Assembly (NCBI GenBank): GCA_037447605.1
Contig: CM074814.1
Span: 992,001-1,056,000, forward strand
DNA from: Zygnema circumcarinatum SAG 698-1b
Lineage: Eukaryota; Plantae; Zygnematophyceae
DNA: 64,000 nucleotides
Reading direction: 5' to 3'
Position 1 is the stretch's first letter, and the number at the start of each line of letters is the position of its first letter. Below are positions 1-11,400 of this stretch, in pieces. The notes under the pieces were generated by a model. That model worked only from the letters and a program-made list of their open reading frames with translations. It was not told the DNA's origin and did not search any database. Position numbers and translations under genes: made by a program.

Positions 1-520
1 GGTATCCTGCAGACAACGAAAGTCGCAATAGATTTGAGCACCAGTCGACTGGCCACCAATCAGAACAGTTTCAATGTCAATGCTATGCCTAAATTGCTAA
101 ATATTCTAGCATTCAGTGTTAGCAACGTTTGAACCCCTTACAGAGAAAAAAAAAAACCTGAGTAATATGTAACCAAATGAAGTTAAGGCGGCAAGTGTTG
201 TGCTACCAAGTGGAGATTGGATGAGAAAGAAACCACAGGGTCCAAGGAGAGAACAAGCGGATTAAGAAGCTCACAGAAACGTAGCTGCAAGAAGGCACCA
301 CTCTCAGGCCCTTCTCCCGAGCGTGTTCCATTGCGGCCCTGCAAAGCTGCCCTGCTACTCCTCCTCCGCGCTTAGTAGGAGGCACATAGGTGTGCCAGAG
401 GTCAATAGAGGGCGCGCCCGCGGAGGTAAGGCGGTACTGCAAGTAGGCAACGCCGTCTGCCGTGGCGAAGCGCTCCTGCTGCGGCACGTGCAGGACGAGC
501 CCTGCAGCGGAGGCCGCCAT
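1..520 (-). CDS. GNAT-family (Acetyltransf_CG / At1g77540-like) N-acetyltransferase, 3' end beyond window
   Basis: Exon 520-275 encodes MAASAAG...ERFATADGVAYLQY...DLWHTYVPPTKRGGGVAGQL...RVVPSCSYVS. GT donor at 274; CTGCAG acceptor ends at 7; next exon starts DT (positions 6-1). HTYVP, G-x-A and PSCSYV motifs are typical of this family. Confidence 0.85.
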
Positions 521-1172
521 GGCTGCCAAGGCGAGCCGGAGGAAGGACCTGCCCAACCAAATGTGGGCCCCGATACGGCGCTCAAACCGAAAACATATCG
601 CATCCCGGTATACCATACCCAGATATATCGTACGAATATCGAAAAAAATTCATATCGTATCGTATTTGTTTTCGATACATATCAGATTCTATGTAGATGA
701 ATTTGGCTACCGTTATTAAATTAAAGTTAATCCATGAGGAAGCGCGATTCTATGCGAACAGTATTTGAAAGAATACCGAAAATTCGCGTCGAATTTGAGC
801 ATGGAGACGCGGCGAGTGATGCCAGACGGGGGCTGTTTCCACTGCAACGACGAACCGGCGCGGGTATTCACACTGCGCCGACACCGTCAGCGTCCCTGTT
901 CGCCGGAGCAGTGGGCCCGGCACGTGCCATGGCAGAGGGAGCTGCAGGCGGGGAGGTCTCCTCCATGGCGGCCGCCCTCCTGTAGGCGCTCCTCTCGCCA
1001 AACCTCTCCGGGCAGCTACGCGTCAGGCCGTAGTCCGCTCAAGCTCTTGAAGTTGCCAGTTCCAGACGGCCTCGTCTTTTTACAAGCCGTCTGTTTCGGG
1101 GAGCAGGTACTTGTGATATTTTTCGAAGTTGCTAGAGCTTAGGTATTTTTCTCTCCATTGTGGAGAATATCA

Positions 1173-4036
1173 ATGGCTTCCAAGTCTGATCAGGATCTCC
1201 CCTCGTGGGAGAGCATGTTCCGCGCTCTCAAGAATCCAAAGCTTTCAGCTGAAGGCGAAGGCTCGTTCGATCCTGCTGCTTCTTCTTCGGGTCGTAGCCG
1301 CGTCTCGGCGTCAGTAGCAAGTTCCAACTGGCAGCTGGCAATGTATATCGCTTTGGCGCATGCAGGTGAGAGAATGCAGCACTTTAAGTTTTTTTTTGTG
1401 TTTGGAGTGGAGTGGGTGGTTCGTTTTCTGGGCTCGTCGGAACCATGTTTCCTTCCATTTCATTGATTGGCTCACCTAAGGTAGAACGCATGCATACGGT
1501 TGAAGAGGAGAGGCTGTCTTCCAGTAGCTTCAAAATCTCGCACAAATTCTTATTTGAATGTTGCAATGTAGACTTACAGAAGGAAATCCTCTACATTATT
1601 TCAGTGTAGTGGTTTCATTGAGAGGCCTTGGCTTGCTCTATGATTGTGTGAAAAAAGTTTGCGTGGGTAGCCCCGTAGAGAAGTTTGAATTTGTGGGAAA
1701 TGCATGCATGTATGTTAAAGTCAAGGGTGTGTCCTAGACTTGTCCAAAATATACGTCTGAAAATGCAGAAGCATACCAAGTTGAATCCATGGCGCTCTCC
1801 TCTTCTGTGATCTGCAGACCCTCCTTACAAGTGAAACTTTCTGCCAACAGGTCTTCTCTGCACTGGCGCCATGCTTGTGGGCCTCTTTATCCTCCTCAAG
1901 GACTTCTGGGAGACAATCTTTTGGGCTATCCTCTGCTCCATCCCTCTGCGCAAAGTCCAGGACTCCCTGGTCACCTTCTGGGAGCCCCCTCTGAAGGCCG
2001 GCCTTGTGTCCACGCTGCTCTCTCCTCTCCGCGCAGTGCTCGATGCTGTCGCGGGCACCTTGTACGATATAAGGGTGCTGCTGCTGAGCTTGGTGGGGAT
2101 GAAGTTTGTGCGCCGGAGCCAGTCGGGCTTCGGCCGCTTGTCTCAATGGCTGATCACCTTTGCCGTCCTCAACGTGGCAAGAAGCACCCTAGGTCTTGCT
2201 GAGTCCCTCCTTGCTGCACCTCTCTTTACTGCGCTGTACCGGCAGCTGAGAGGTGAGCCGTCTGCGTCAGTGCCACCTTTGGACTCGGACATTCAGAAGC
2301 GTGCGGAGGGCGGTGGGAGGGAGACTCCCACCTTGGGAAAGAGCAAGAAGGAGGGCAAGGGAATCATTGGCCTTCTGTTTGCGCCATACCGAGCACTGGA
2401 GCATCGAATTTGCAGTTCTCTACTCGGCAGTCTGAGGACGGTGCTGGCACTCTCCATCATTCTAGGCCTTGTTTTTGGCTCTCTAGTGACCGTTCTATTT
2501 TTCATTTACCAGATGGCCATGGAGGGCAAGCATGCCGTGGTGGAACTGGATCATCACATGCGATCAAGGTATAACCCATCATTGCTTCCCTTCCTCATGG
2601 CCGAAACCAAACCAATATTCGACTTGCTTTGCATTCGTATCGACATGTGTTAGCTCTTGGATTTCAATTCACATTCTAAATGTCTGTGTATGTGGGTCAG
2701 CAACTACTTGGAGCGAATCGGGGTCAACGAATGGCTTCGGCAGAATAATGTTTCCGGGATGATCGACACCTATTCAGCGACAGCTTTGCAAACCATTTCC
2801 GAGCAGATTGATGTCTATGCAGCCAAGTATGAGATGGTAGACACTGGTGAAGCGGCGAAATCATACTTGAAGAGTCTAAGCCGTGTGGGAAAGCATGGCA
2901 ACTCCAGCGCGCATGGCCAGGAGTTCGCCTCCCTCATGCAAACGCCCCACTTCAGTCCCTTGTATGCGGTTGCAATGAAAGTAAAGGACAAAGCCTTAAA
3001 GTACGACTTCAATGGTGCGTTGTTAGAGCTTCAAGAAGGCGCTTTTGCAACTCTCGATACGTACAACATCAGCCGAGAAGGTGCAAAACTGCAGTTTTCA
3101 GCACTTTGCAATGCTACGGCAAAGTATGCGCAGGCTGCCTTCACTAGTGGTTCAAGCCTCATGTCGCAGACTGCTTCTTTCTCCGGATCAGTCCTCCTTA
3201 CAATATCAAATCGAGCGAAAGAGACGATCAAGTTCTTAACGTCGGCTGCCCTATTTGTATCTCTTCTCTACTATTTGATAACGTCAGAGGCTGGCGGGGT
3301 CATGCAACAGCTTCTAGACCTTCTTCCATTTTCAGAGAGAGTGAAGCATAGATGCGAGACAGTGATCAGCGGTGCAATAAGCGGTGTACTACTCGGCGTT
3401 GTGGAGATAGCCGTGTTTGAATCCTTCTTCACATTCTTATTGCTGTGGTTCTATGACATACATTTCCTGTACCTCTCAACGACTATCGCCTTTCTCAGTG
3501 CTACGTTCCCTGTTCTGCCGCCATGGCTGTCCCTAATTCCTGGTGCTGCTGAGCTGGCTATTGAGGGCAAGTATGTTCAAGCTTTGTCCATGGTACTGGT
3601 GCATCAAATCAGCCTGTCCTATTCAACGGAGGAGATAATGAAGGAGATTCCAGGACACAACCCGTACCTTATAGGCCTTGGTATTGCTGGAGGCACCGCC
3701 CTTTTTAACTCCGTCACAATGGTACGGATCCTCTGCCTTGAACAGATCGGATGATGAAATAGAAGCGATCTGCATCCCAGGGACATCTGATGGTTTAAGA
3801 AATTATTCTTTTTGACAACTTAGTCTGCCTGCCCCACCTCTTGTTCTGTTTCTTTCCCTACTTCGATTGATACTTGCTCATATGCGTGTCTGAATCTTGG
3901 AACCTTCATTAGCGGTGTTTGACTCCTGCTCACTTGTCTCTTTCAGGGCGCTATTTTTGGTCCATTGGTGGTAACAGTCCTAATTGCACTCCGAAATCTT
4001 TATGCGGAATTCCTGTCGTCTATTGTTGTGGATTAG
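1173..4036 (+). CDS. TMEM245 / AI-2E-like multi-pass membrane protein (At5g55960-like)
   Basis: Four exons (1173-1365, 1851-2568, 2701-3721, 3947-4036) join in frame at GT-AG sites. Motifs: PSWESMFR, QLAMYIALAHAG, WAILCSIPLR, SNYLERIG, GHNPYLIGL, GAIFGPL...LRNLYAEF; many hydrophobic segments. Confidence 0.85.
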
Positions 4037-4226
4037 CTACTTCACCAAATAACCCCTTAACCGACTCAGAGGGGGTATCCATGTATTTATTTTTTGCAAT
4101 TCATACGCCTAGCAACGTGACCGGAAGAAAGAGACCACTTCATCGATTAATTTTGAATTTATAATGCATAGTCGTAGCCACTGGCTACACCTACTTTAGG
4201 CCATACGTGTTACCTTCCCGTTTTTC

Positions 4227-6613
4227 TCAGGTGTCCTTCAGCTTAGCGGATAGATGCAGAATGTCCATATTGAAGTCTCGAAAGGATCGAGCAGCCTCAA
4301 CCATGAGAGCATGCTGGCAACTGAAGAGCATGTTGAACTCGTTCATTTGCTTAATGAATGGATCCTGCTTGTGGTCGTCGTTTGACCCATTTGTTGATGT
4401 TGGAATTCCATGGACTTCAAGCATTGGCTGGTCCTTCGCACTTCGATGAGTCACTTGTGATGTCGGCAGCAGTTGTTCCATGCTGAACTCGTTCGCTTGT
4501 TTCGTAAATTGATCCTTCTGGTTGTGATCAGCCCACACAGTTGACAGTGGAGGCTTCGATGTTGGATCTCTGTGGACTTCTGAAATTGGTTGTTTCGGTG
4601 TACTTAGAAGAGTTGAATGCGCAGTTGGCTGCAGTAGTTCGAAAGTTAACCTGGGCTCGTTTCTCCTGACATGAAGATGTTGACCACTATCAGCAAGATT
4701 GTATAACTTTGAATATAGAATACTGGAGCATAACAGCCCTGCGTTCCAAATTCAAGAGCGATAATAACTGAGGATTTGTAGCCTACCCTTGGGCTTGCCG
4801 ATGCTCCAAGTCAGTGTCGTACAAGTCATTTATTGAAATGAGGGGCTTCATTTGGTTGGCGTTGAGCTGTGCCACTGGAGAGGGTGCAAACCTCATGCGG
4901 AAGCGCTGGATCACAATGGCCGACTGCAAAGGTAGAAGTTCACTTCTTTTCGGCAGCGATTCGACAGATTGAAGGTAGACTGCCGAGACGAGACACGAGA
5001 CATGTATCATTTGATTGTTATTGCGCAAGCAATGGAGGGTGAGTGCCAGCACGTAATCATCGAAAGCTACTCCACTCACCATAGATTTGCCCGTCCCGAA
5101 CAATGTTTGAGGCTTCATGGGCAGCTTCATATTGCAGGTCCTTTAGTCCGATTGGAACTCGCAATCTCTGTGAGAACATTTTCTGATTAGAGCATTTGAG
5201 CTTATTCTCATGAACTACTAAGCCAGCAGGATCTGATCGCCACAAACACAAACCGTTGAAATGCCCCCTTCTGATACTCAACAAACAAGCCCCCCATACC
5301 CGTGTACGCATTTTCTCAAGAAAGGTTGCGAAGCGCGGATGTTGAATGCTTCTTTTACGGTGACATCCTAAGGACAATAAGGAGTGAATCGTTTTGAAAT
5401 CAAAGGGAAACCTCAACCTGTCAAGGAAGGTATGTAACATGCAACATGGTCCTGTGGAGATATGCGACTATACCTGCACTTCTAAAGCTTTCTCTCCAGA
5501 TTGAGACGTTGGCTTTGGCGGATGTGTAGATATGGATAGCTTGCTGGGTCCCCGGTGAAAGTCATTGCTTGTTTGCGTTGACTCGAGCAATTTTTGGCCT
5601 TCTATGACAGAGTTCATTACATCCCTACTTCCATTTTGTTGCAACTCTGTTGGATGTCGTGCATGCTCAAGAGTTGGCAACAGCGGAGCATCACTGAGAG
5701 ACAGCCACTTCGCCTTTATTAGCAGGGTCTGCTCGCACCAAATCGACTCAAATGGAAAGAATCAATGGAATGCCCCATCCGATGATAAGTGACAAGGACC
5801 AATGCGGAGCTCACCATGGCACGACTTTGTCTTCGGCTTCAGCAGATTCTTGATCTAGACTCAGTTTAAAAACTGCAGAGCCGTCGGCTGCCGTGGCCAG
5901 CGGAGGTGCAAATTTTCTGCTCTTGCTACCAATGCCATTGCGATGGCAACGAGGAACGTCCTGTGAATAAATTGCGGAGATCCAGCTCAAATATAAGGGA
6001 AGCCAGCCTGGTAGATCCCAGCAAGCTTACAGTGTTTTCCTCGTTTTAATACCATGCGTGTGCATATTCAAGAGCACTGCAATTGACATAACAGGAGAGA
6101 AAAATGACTCGCTCTCAGGTCAGATTTCACTGGACACTCTTCACATACCTGCACGGTCCGCTGCATGATTTGTTCAGCATCATGGAGAGACCTGCAAAAA
6201 CTATTTTCATAAAACGATAAAGCCTTCAAGAAGAAAACAGAATGAAGAGATGCAGAAAGAGCCGTGAAAAACACACTAGGATGGAAATTCTGCACGAAAT
6301 TCGATATTGATTGAACCACCGGTTGCATTTTCACGATGCGGAGAAATTTTATAAAGGAATCATTCTGACATACTTCCTGCGTTTCGACTTCTTCGAGGGG
6401 TCCTGACTTGAAGGTCCTGCTTCTTGTTGCATTGTCATGAATGAGAGGGGATGCAAGCCAGTTTTTCCTTGCACGAGCACCTGCCTCATCCAAGCATCGG
6501 CACCAGCAGCACCAATTCGACCAATTTATTTATGAAAATACGAATGAAGGCAAATTTATATAAGCACTGTCTTCCAAAAAAATCCAGTCCATTCCCCTCC
6601 CCGTGTCCGCCAT
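4227..6613 (-). CDS. Unidentified multi-exon hypothetical protein
   Basis: A chain of open segments flanked by GT/AG can be joined in phase (e.g. ...RTVQ|DVPR..., ...EVQ|DVTVK..., ...KSM|SAIVIQRF..., ...QAQG|GQHLH... to the stop at 4227). Candidate ATG at 6613 (MADTGRGMDW). No family recognised; exon boundaries tentative. Confidence 0.45.
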
Positions 6614-6726
6614 GGAGCCAGCTCTCCCTGCTGCAGGAGCCACCCTCCCTCCCTCCCTCCCTCCCTCCCTCTTGAGGCGAGCAGGCCTCCCGCCAAACTG
6701 CACATTCAAATTTTCTACCTTGCAAA

Positions 6727-7924
6727 CCGTACAGCGTATTCCGTACAGTACCCTCAACAACGTACGATTCGCACATGGGTAACTCTACTGCACCCCCGCG
6801 TTTTGTCTTTCGCACCCCCCTTTTGAAAATTTTGCCTGCCCGTTTTGGTTCCCCCCCAGTTTTGAATATTTCGGGAAAAATCTTTTTCCCGCCCCTCCCG
6901 TCCCCTCCGCTCCCGCCCCTCCCCTCCCCTCCCCTCCCCTCCCCGCCGCTCCCCTCCCTTGGATGGGAGGGCCGGGGTGGACAGGGCAAGGGAGGGGAGC
7001 GGAGGGGAGGGGAGGGGAGGGGAAGGGAGGGGAGGGGAAGGGAGCGGGCGGGAGGGGAGGGCCGGGGTGGACAGGGCAAGGGAGGGGAGGGGAGGGGGGG
7101 GAGCGAAGGGGATGGGAGGGGCGGGAAAAAGATTTTTTCCCGAAATATTCAAAACTGGGGGGGAACCAAAACGGGCAGGCAAAATTTTCAAAAGGGGGGT
7201 GCGAAAGACAAAACGCGGGGGTGCAGTAGAGTTACCCTTCGCACATTTCCTTCCGTAAGACTGTAACTACCGTACAAAATCTGTACGGTGGGTGGATGTC
7301 GCCACAGTACCCCCCTAATATTTTCGACCCTAGTACTTGCGTTACCCAAGGCATTCGCCCTGATTTTGAGGAAACCACTTTTCATACGGTAAGTCTGTGT
7401 TAATGAATTAGGGGTGTTAACCTAACCTGACCTATTTTTCAATACAAAACCTGTTAATCGAAACAAATTTCGAGCATGGGTCACGCTATTCAGTTGTACG
7501 GCAAACACGAATAACATCTCCAAATCGTACGGTATATGTACAGCACCAATAGGAGCTCGTGTAGATAAATGTACGGCACCAATAGAAGCTCGCGACAGTG
7601 CCCGCCGGGCGGCAACCGTACAGAGAAAAACATAACATAACTCTAACATAATACAGCCCGCCTATTGTTACCACGGACTTCCATATATTTTCAAATTCCA
7701 AGATTTTCTTCCAATATTTGCCGAAACCATGGCGAAAATATTAGGGCTGTACTGTATTACGCTACTGATGTAGCGCCGTCATATACCGTACACGTGCCGT
7801 ATAATTTTGGCACCGCATTGCCGTACATGTACAGTACGGACGGATAAATTTCTGGAAACGAGGGGTGATCCCGCGGGCCCGAAACTTGCGGCCCAGCGCG
7901 GTCCGGGCTGGGGGGCCGCTGTAC
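6727..7924. promoter_or_regulatory. GTAC/CCGTAC motif array in a divergent promoter, interrupted by the MITE
   Basis: 19 GTAC cores counted in about 740 bp of non-MITE sequence, many as CCGTAC or GTACGG. GTAC is the SBP-box/SPL core. Confidence 0.5.
6777..7237. mobile_element. Non-autonomous Mutator-type (MULE) MITE / foldback element, 461 bp
   Basis: About 123-bp terminal inverted repeats (6777-6899 vs about 7114-7237, starting GGGTAACTCTACTGCACCCCCG; only a 1-nt difference in an A-run). Flanked by an exact 9-bp direct repeat TTCGCACAT (6768-6776 and 7238-7246). CCCCT/GGGGA-rich core; no transposase. Confidence 0.9.
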
Positions 7925-8499
7925 GGACGCTTGGGAGGCAAAATATTTCGGGCTGCCCGGACGGGGCCGGGTGTGGTCCGAGGCCGACACGTGGCCCTGC
8001 GGGTAGCCGAAACAAACCGAGGGCTCAACGGGCAGAAGACGGAGGACTCGGGTTCATACTGCGCAAAATTTTCTGACCGACCGGAAAATGGAAATTTTGG
8101 AACGGTCAGCGAGGAGAGTGTCAGACTTAAAAACAAAATTGGACGATTTTTTTTCATTCAATAGGACTACAGGGTTTTCAGAAACGCACTCTTTTTGGAC
8201 CTCGATTCATTTGTGTGGAATACTCGTTTCGGAATCGCTCTATTTGCGGAAGCCTGCGTCGACGGGACTTGGCCAGGAGAGTAAAAACGATTCTGATCTT
8301 CCCGAAGCAGAAAAAAACGTTCTATATCCTCCCCATTGGGCAGATTTGAAGGAGAACATATTACAGCGGGGGTCGCCTCTTCCTGTTCAAACCAACTGCC
8401 GCCCTTTCCTCCCTCCCCTATCCCCCATCGCCCGCCTCCTGGAGCTCCGCCATGGCAATGCGGTGAAGGGGAAGCAGGAGGCTGCCGAAGGTGGAGGCC

Positions 8500-11400
8500 A
8501 TGGCCGACGCAGGACAGTGCTCTCTCTCTCTGGGGAAAACACTTGGCGCCTCTCATGGCGTTGCACACCAGCGGGCAGCGCGGGTGCGCTTTACTGCAGG
8601 ACGAGCACCAGCAGCGCACTGCACGGAGGCTGCTGCAGTGCCTCCCTCCTTCTGTCTGCACGCTGACAACACGTGTGCCAAGAGGCAAGAGCCGGGCCTC
8701 AGACTTGGAATAATGGCTCTGCATTGGCTCTCTTTATGGAGGTTCGAGAGAATAGGAGAAGAAACCGGAGTGAAGCTTGGCTTTCTGCTGCATGAATCCC
8801 TATTATGAAAATCTTGTGAATTCTTCTTCTCGCGTTTGCGTGGCCTTCCGTGTGGCGACGGTGCAGCTATAGTAGCCCTAGGTTAGTGTTTAGGTTCAAC
8901 AGGCATTGTTTTTGAACCTGATCCTCACGGTTTGCTCGCATTCTGATATTCATTTTTTGGTGACGCAGTGGTGGTGGAAGCACTACGTGCAGTGTTTCGC
9001 GCTACAGAGGTGTGATGAGACGACCGGTAGCGGCTAACGCAGGTGGCGAGGGCGTTGCTGCAAATAACTTAGCCGATGATTCTGTCAAAGGTCGCACGTT
9101 TCCTAAGTTTGTGGCAATTCGACAGCCGTTTTTGAATGGCCACGTGAGCTTTAGCGGTGGCCCTGGAAACACGGACTCAACTTATTCTATGAATGGTGCA
9201 GCTTCTGGAGTAGTTAATGGTGAAGACAGCGGAAGTGTCGACATAGCAGAGCAGGACAAAGACGTTAATGGGGTGGCAGTTTCGGAGACAGAGTCGCCTA
9301 GTTACCATCATTTGTTGCAAAGTTGGCCAAATGGCCGGGCTGTGTTGAAACCTGAATCTGGAGATGGAGGTGATGCCGACAGGTCTGAAGGCTCTGCAGG
9401 TCATGGGGACAGCACCTATTTGGAACCTGGCAGCTCAGATAGGCAACAAGGGGTGAACATTGCTTCCTCAAGTGGATTTGGAAGCGATTTTGGCGTGCGA
9501 CGAGGTCTGAGAGGAGCAAAATCTCAAAAAGATGCCCAGTTTGTTGCACGGCTTCTTGAGTTTTTGAGGGCTTCTGGTATTCCACCTGACCCAGTACCGA
9601 CAGCCAGAAAGCTTGAGAAGATTGGCAGGTGATGCATCTACCTGGGAAGTTACCTCAGTCACCGCAGTTTCCTTCATTGCTCGTTGTTTAGAAGTATGTT
9701 AGGTCAATCACTCTGGCAGGAGTCTTCCACACTCTCTTTCTTCGTCTGATTGAAGAGGTAGGAGCGGTTGGTCATTATCCACTGTTTAATCGACATAACC
9801 ACAGACCGCATTACTTTTTGTGAGCTGAGAAAGTCTATTTTTCAGTCATTTATGCGCGGAGAGAGAGATGGAGATCTCGATACTCATTTCACTATGGCTG
9901 CCTCGAAACACTGACTCATTACAGACTCACCTGTCGCTGCCTCCTTTCAAAGTAAAAAAATTCTGACTCCGTCACTGTGCAATTTGCTTGTTGATGGTGA
10001 GCAGGAAGGATCTAGCAGATGGAGTCCGTACACGAGGAATAAGAATGGTTCGCCAGCTGCTATTGAAAGCTACTAGAGCTGACACCCCAACTTCTAGTGA
10101 TGTCCGGGCACAGAGCTCCGATACACATAGCGATAGAGCTCCAGCTTCTAACAAACCTAGTTCCAACGGAGCCGTCTTTAAAAACGATCAGGATGGAATT
10201 GGCAGCACAGCTGCATTTCTTGAAGAACAAGAGAAGCGACGGCGGCAACTGGAATTGATTCAGCAGAAAGCAGCCCTATTCTTAGAATCAGGGAAGCTAC
10301 AGATAGGTGAGTTTTCACTTCAATCACATGCACTATCAATATTCACACGCCTAGTAAATTTTGCTGGCATTGGAGTCTGGAATCTAAAATTACAGACTTC
10401 ACATAGGTCAGTGCCAGCAACTTTGGAGACGTGATCTATGAGCTTGGGTAACAAGAGGGAGACCAGCTTGAGATACAAAGCCCATGCTGTAAAAAATGCT
10501 CTACAATGCCACACAGTTTAGCATTATACACTTTCAACTGGGTTTGAGTCTATTGAAGGAAATTGGATGCAGGGCCGCCTTTGTGACTCTCTGTAGTATC
10601 TTCCCTATTCAGACTCATTCTAGAAATGCACTTAGTTACTTGTTCAATGTCTCCGACTTGTACTCGTCAGGTTGTGGCAAACGACTGCAAAGCACGAAAC
10701 AAGCAAGTTGAAACTAGCGCGATAAGCCGAGAGTCTAGATAAGCCATGGAGAGGTATTTTCTAATCAAGAGTTAAGACCAGTTACTGTTAACATTACTTT
10801 TTGCAGTTTAAGCACTTCCTCCAGAGATTTCCATAACCATGTGTGACTGATATCCCGTTCACTAGATTTGTGGCACGCCCCTTTGGTGATTGGAACGTTC
10901 TTGAGTTTAGGCTGATGAAACCTAACATGGCTTGGTCTTGCAATGGCTGTGAGGTTAAATCCATTGCCTAGTGCAAATCCGTTCAACGTTCTTGCGATTA
11001 TTGTGAGGTTGAAACTGCCTGGTGCAAATCGACGTTTTATCTCCTTAAGGCTTATCTGACCAGCTTAAGAGTGGTTATTAGCGGTAGGAACCAGAGGGGG
11101 ATAGGGTGTCATCTACATTCACACTGACATGATAGAATGTCGCAGGATGTGCATGGGCCGGATGCTTCAATGACTGGCTCAAGCAAATTGTTGGACGGTG
11201 CTCGCAGATGAAAGCGAGTCAAAACTTATGGAGCTTGAGCCGGCCGACACAGAATCGGTGGAAAGCAAAAGCCCACTGCTCGGAAACTCCTCAAAGGCTT
11301 CCGACTTTTGGAGTGTTGGCATTGATGCGCTGGCGAGGCAAAAGGCCGCTCTTCTTAAGGCCAGCCTCTTGCGGAGGTGTGTGCAAAAGTTTGCCCCTAA

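Noticed and set aside
4783-6493. Faint VPS9-like (FLEKMR, VQSISNFV) and IQ-like (AIVIQRF) resemblance
   Set aside because: The matches are short, fall partly in frames or introns not used by the in-phase model, and lack the remaining family motifs.
6486-7266. Several 90-200 aa Pro/Gly/Arg-rich ORFs on both strands
   Set aside because: They are translations of the MITE's inverted repeats and CCCCT/GGGGA core, not genes.
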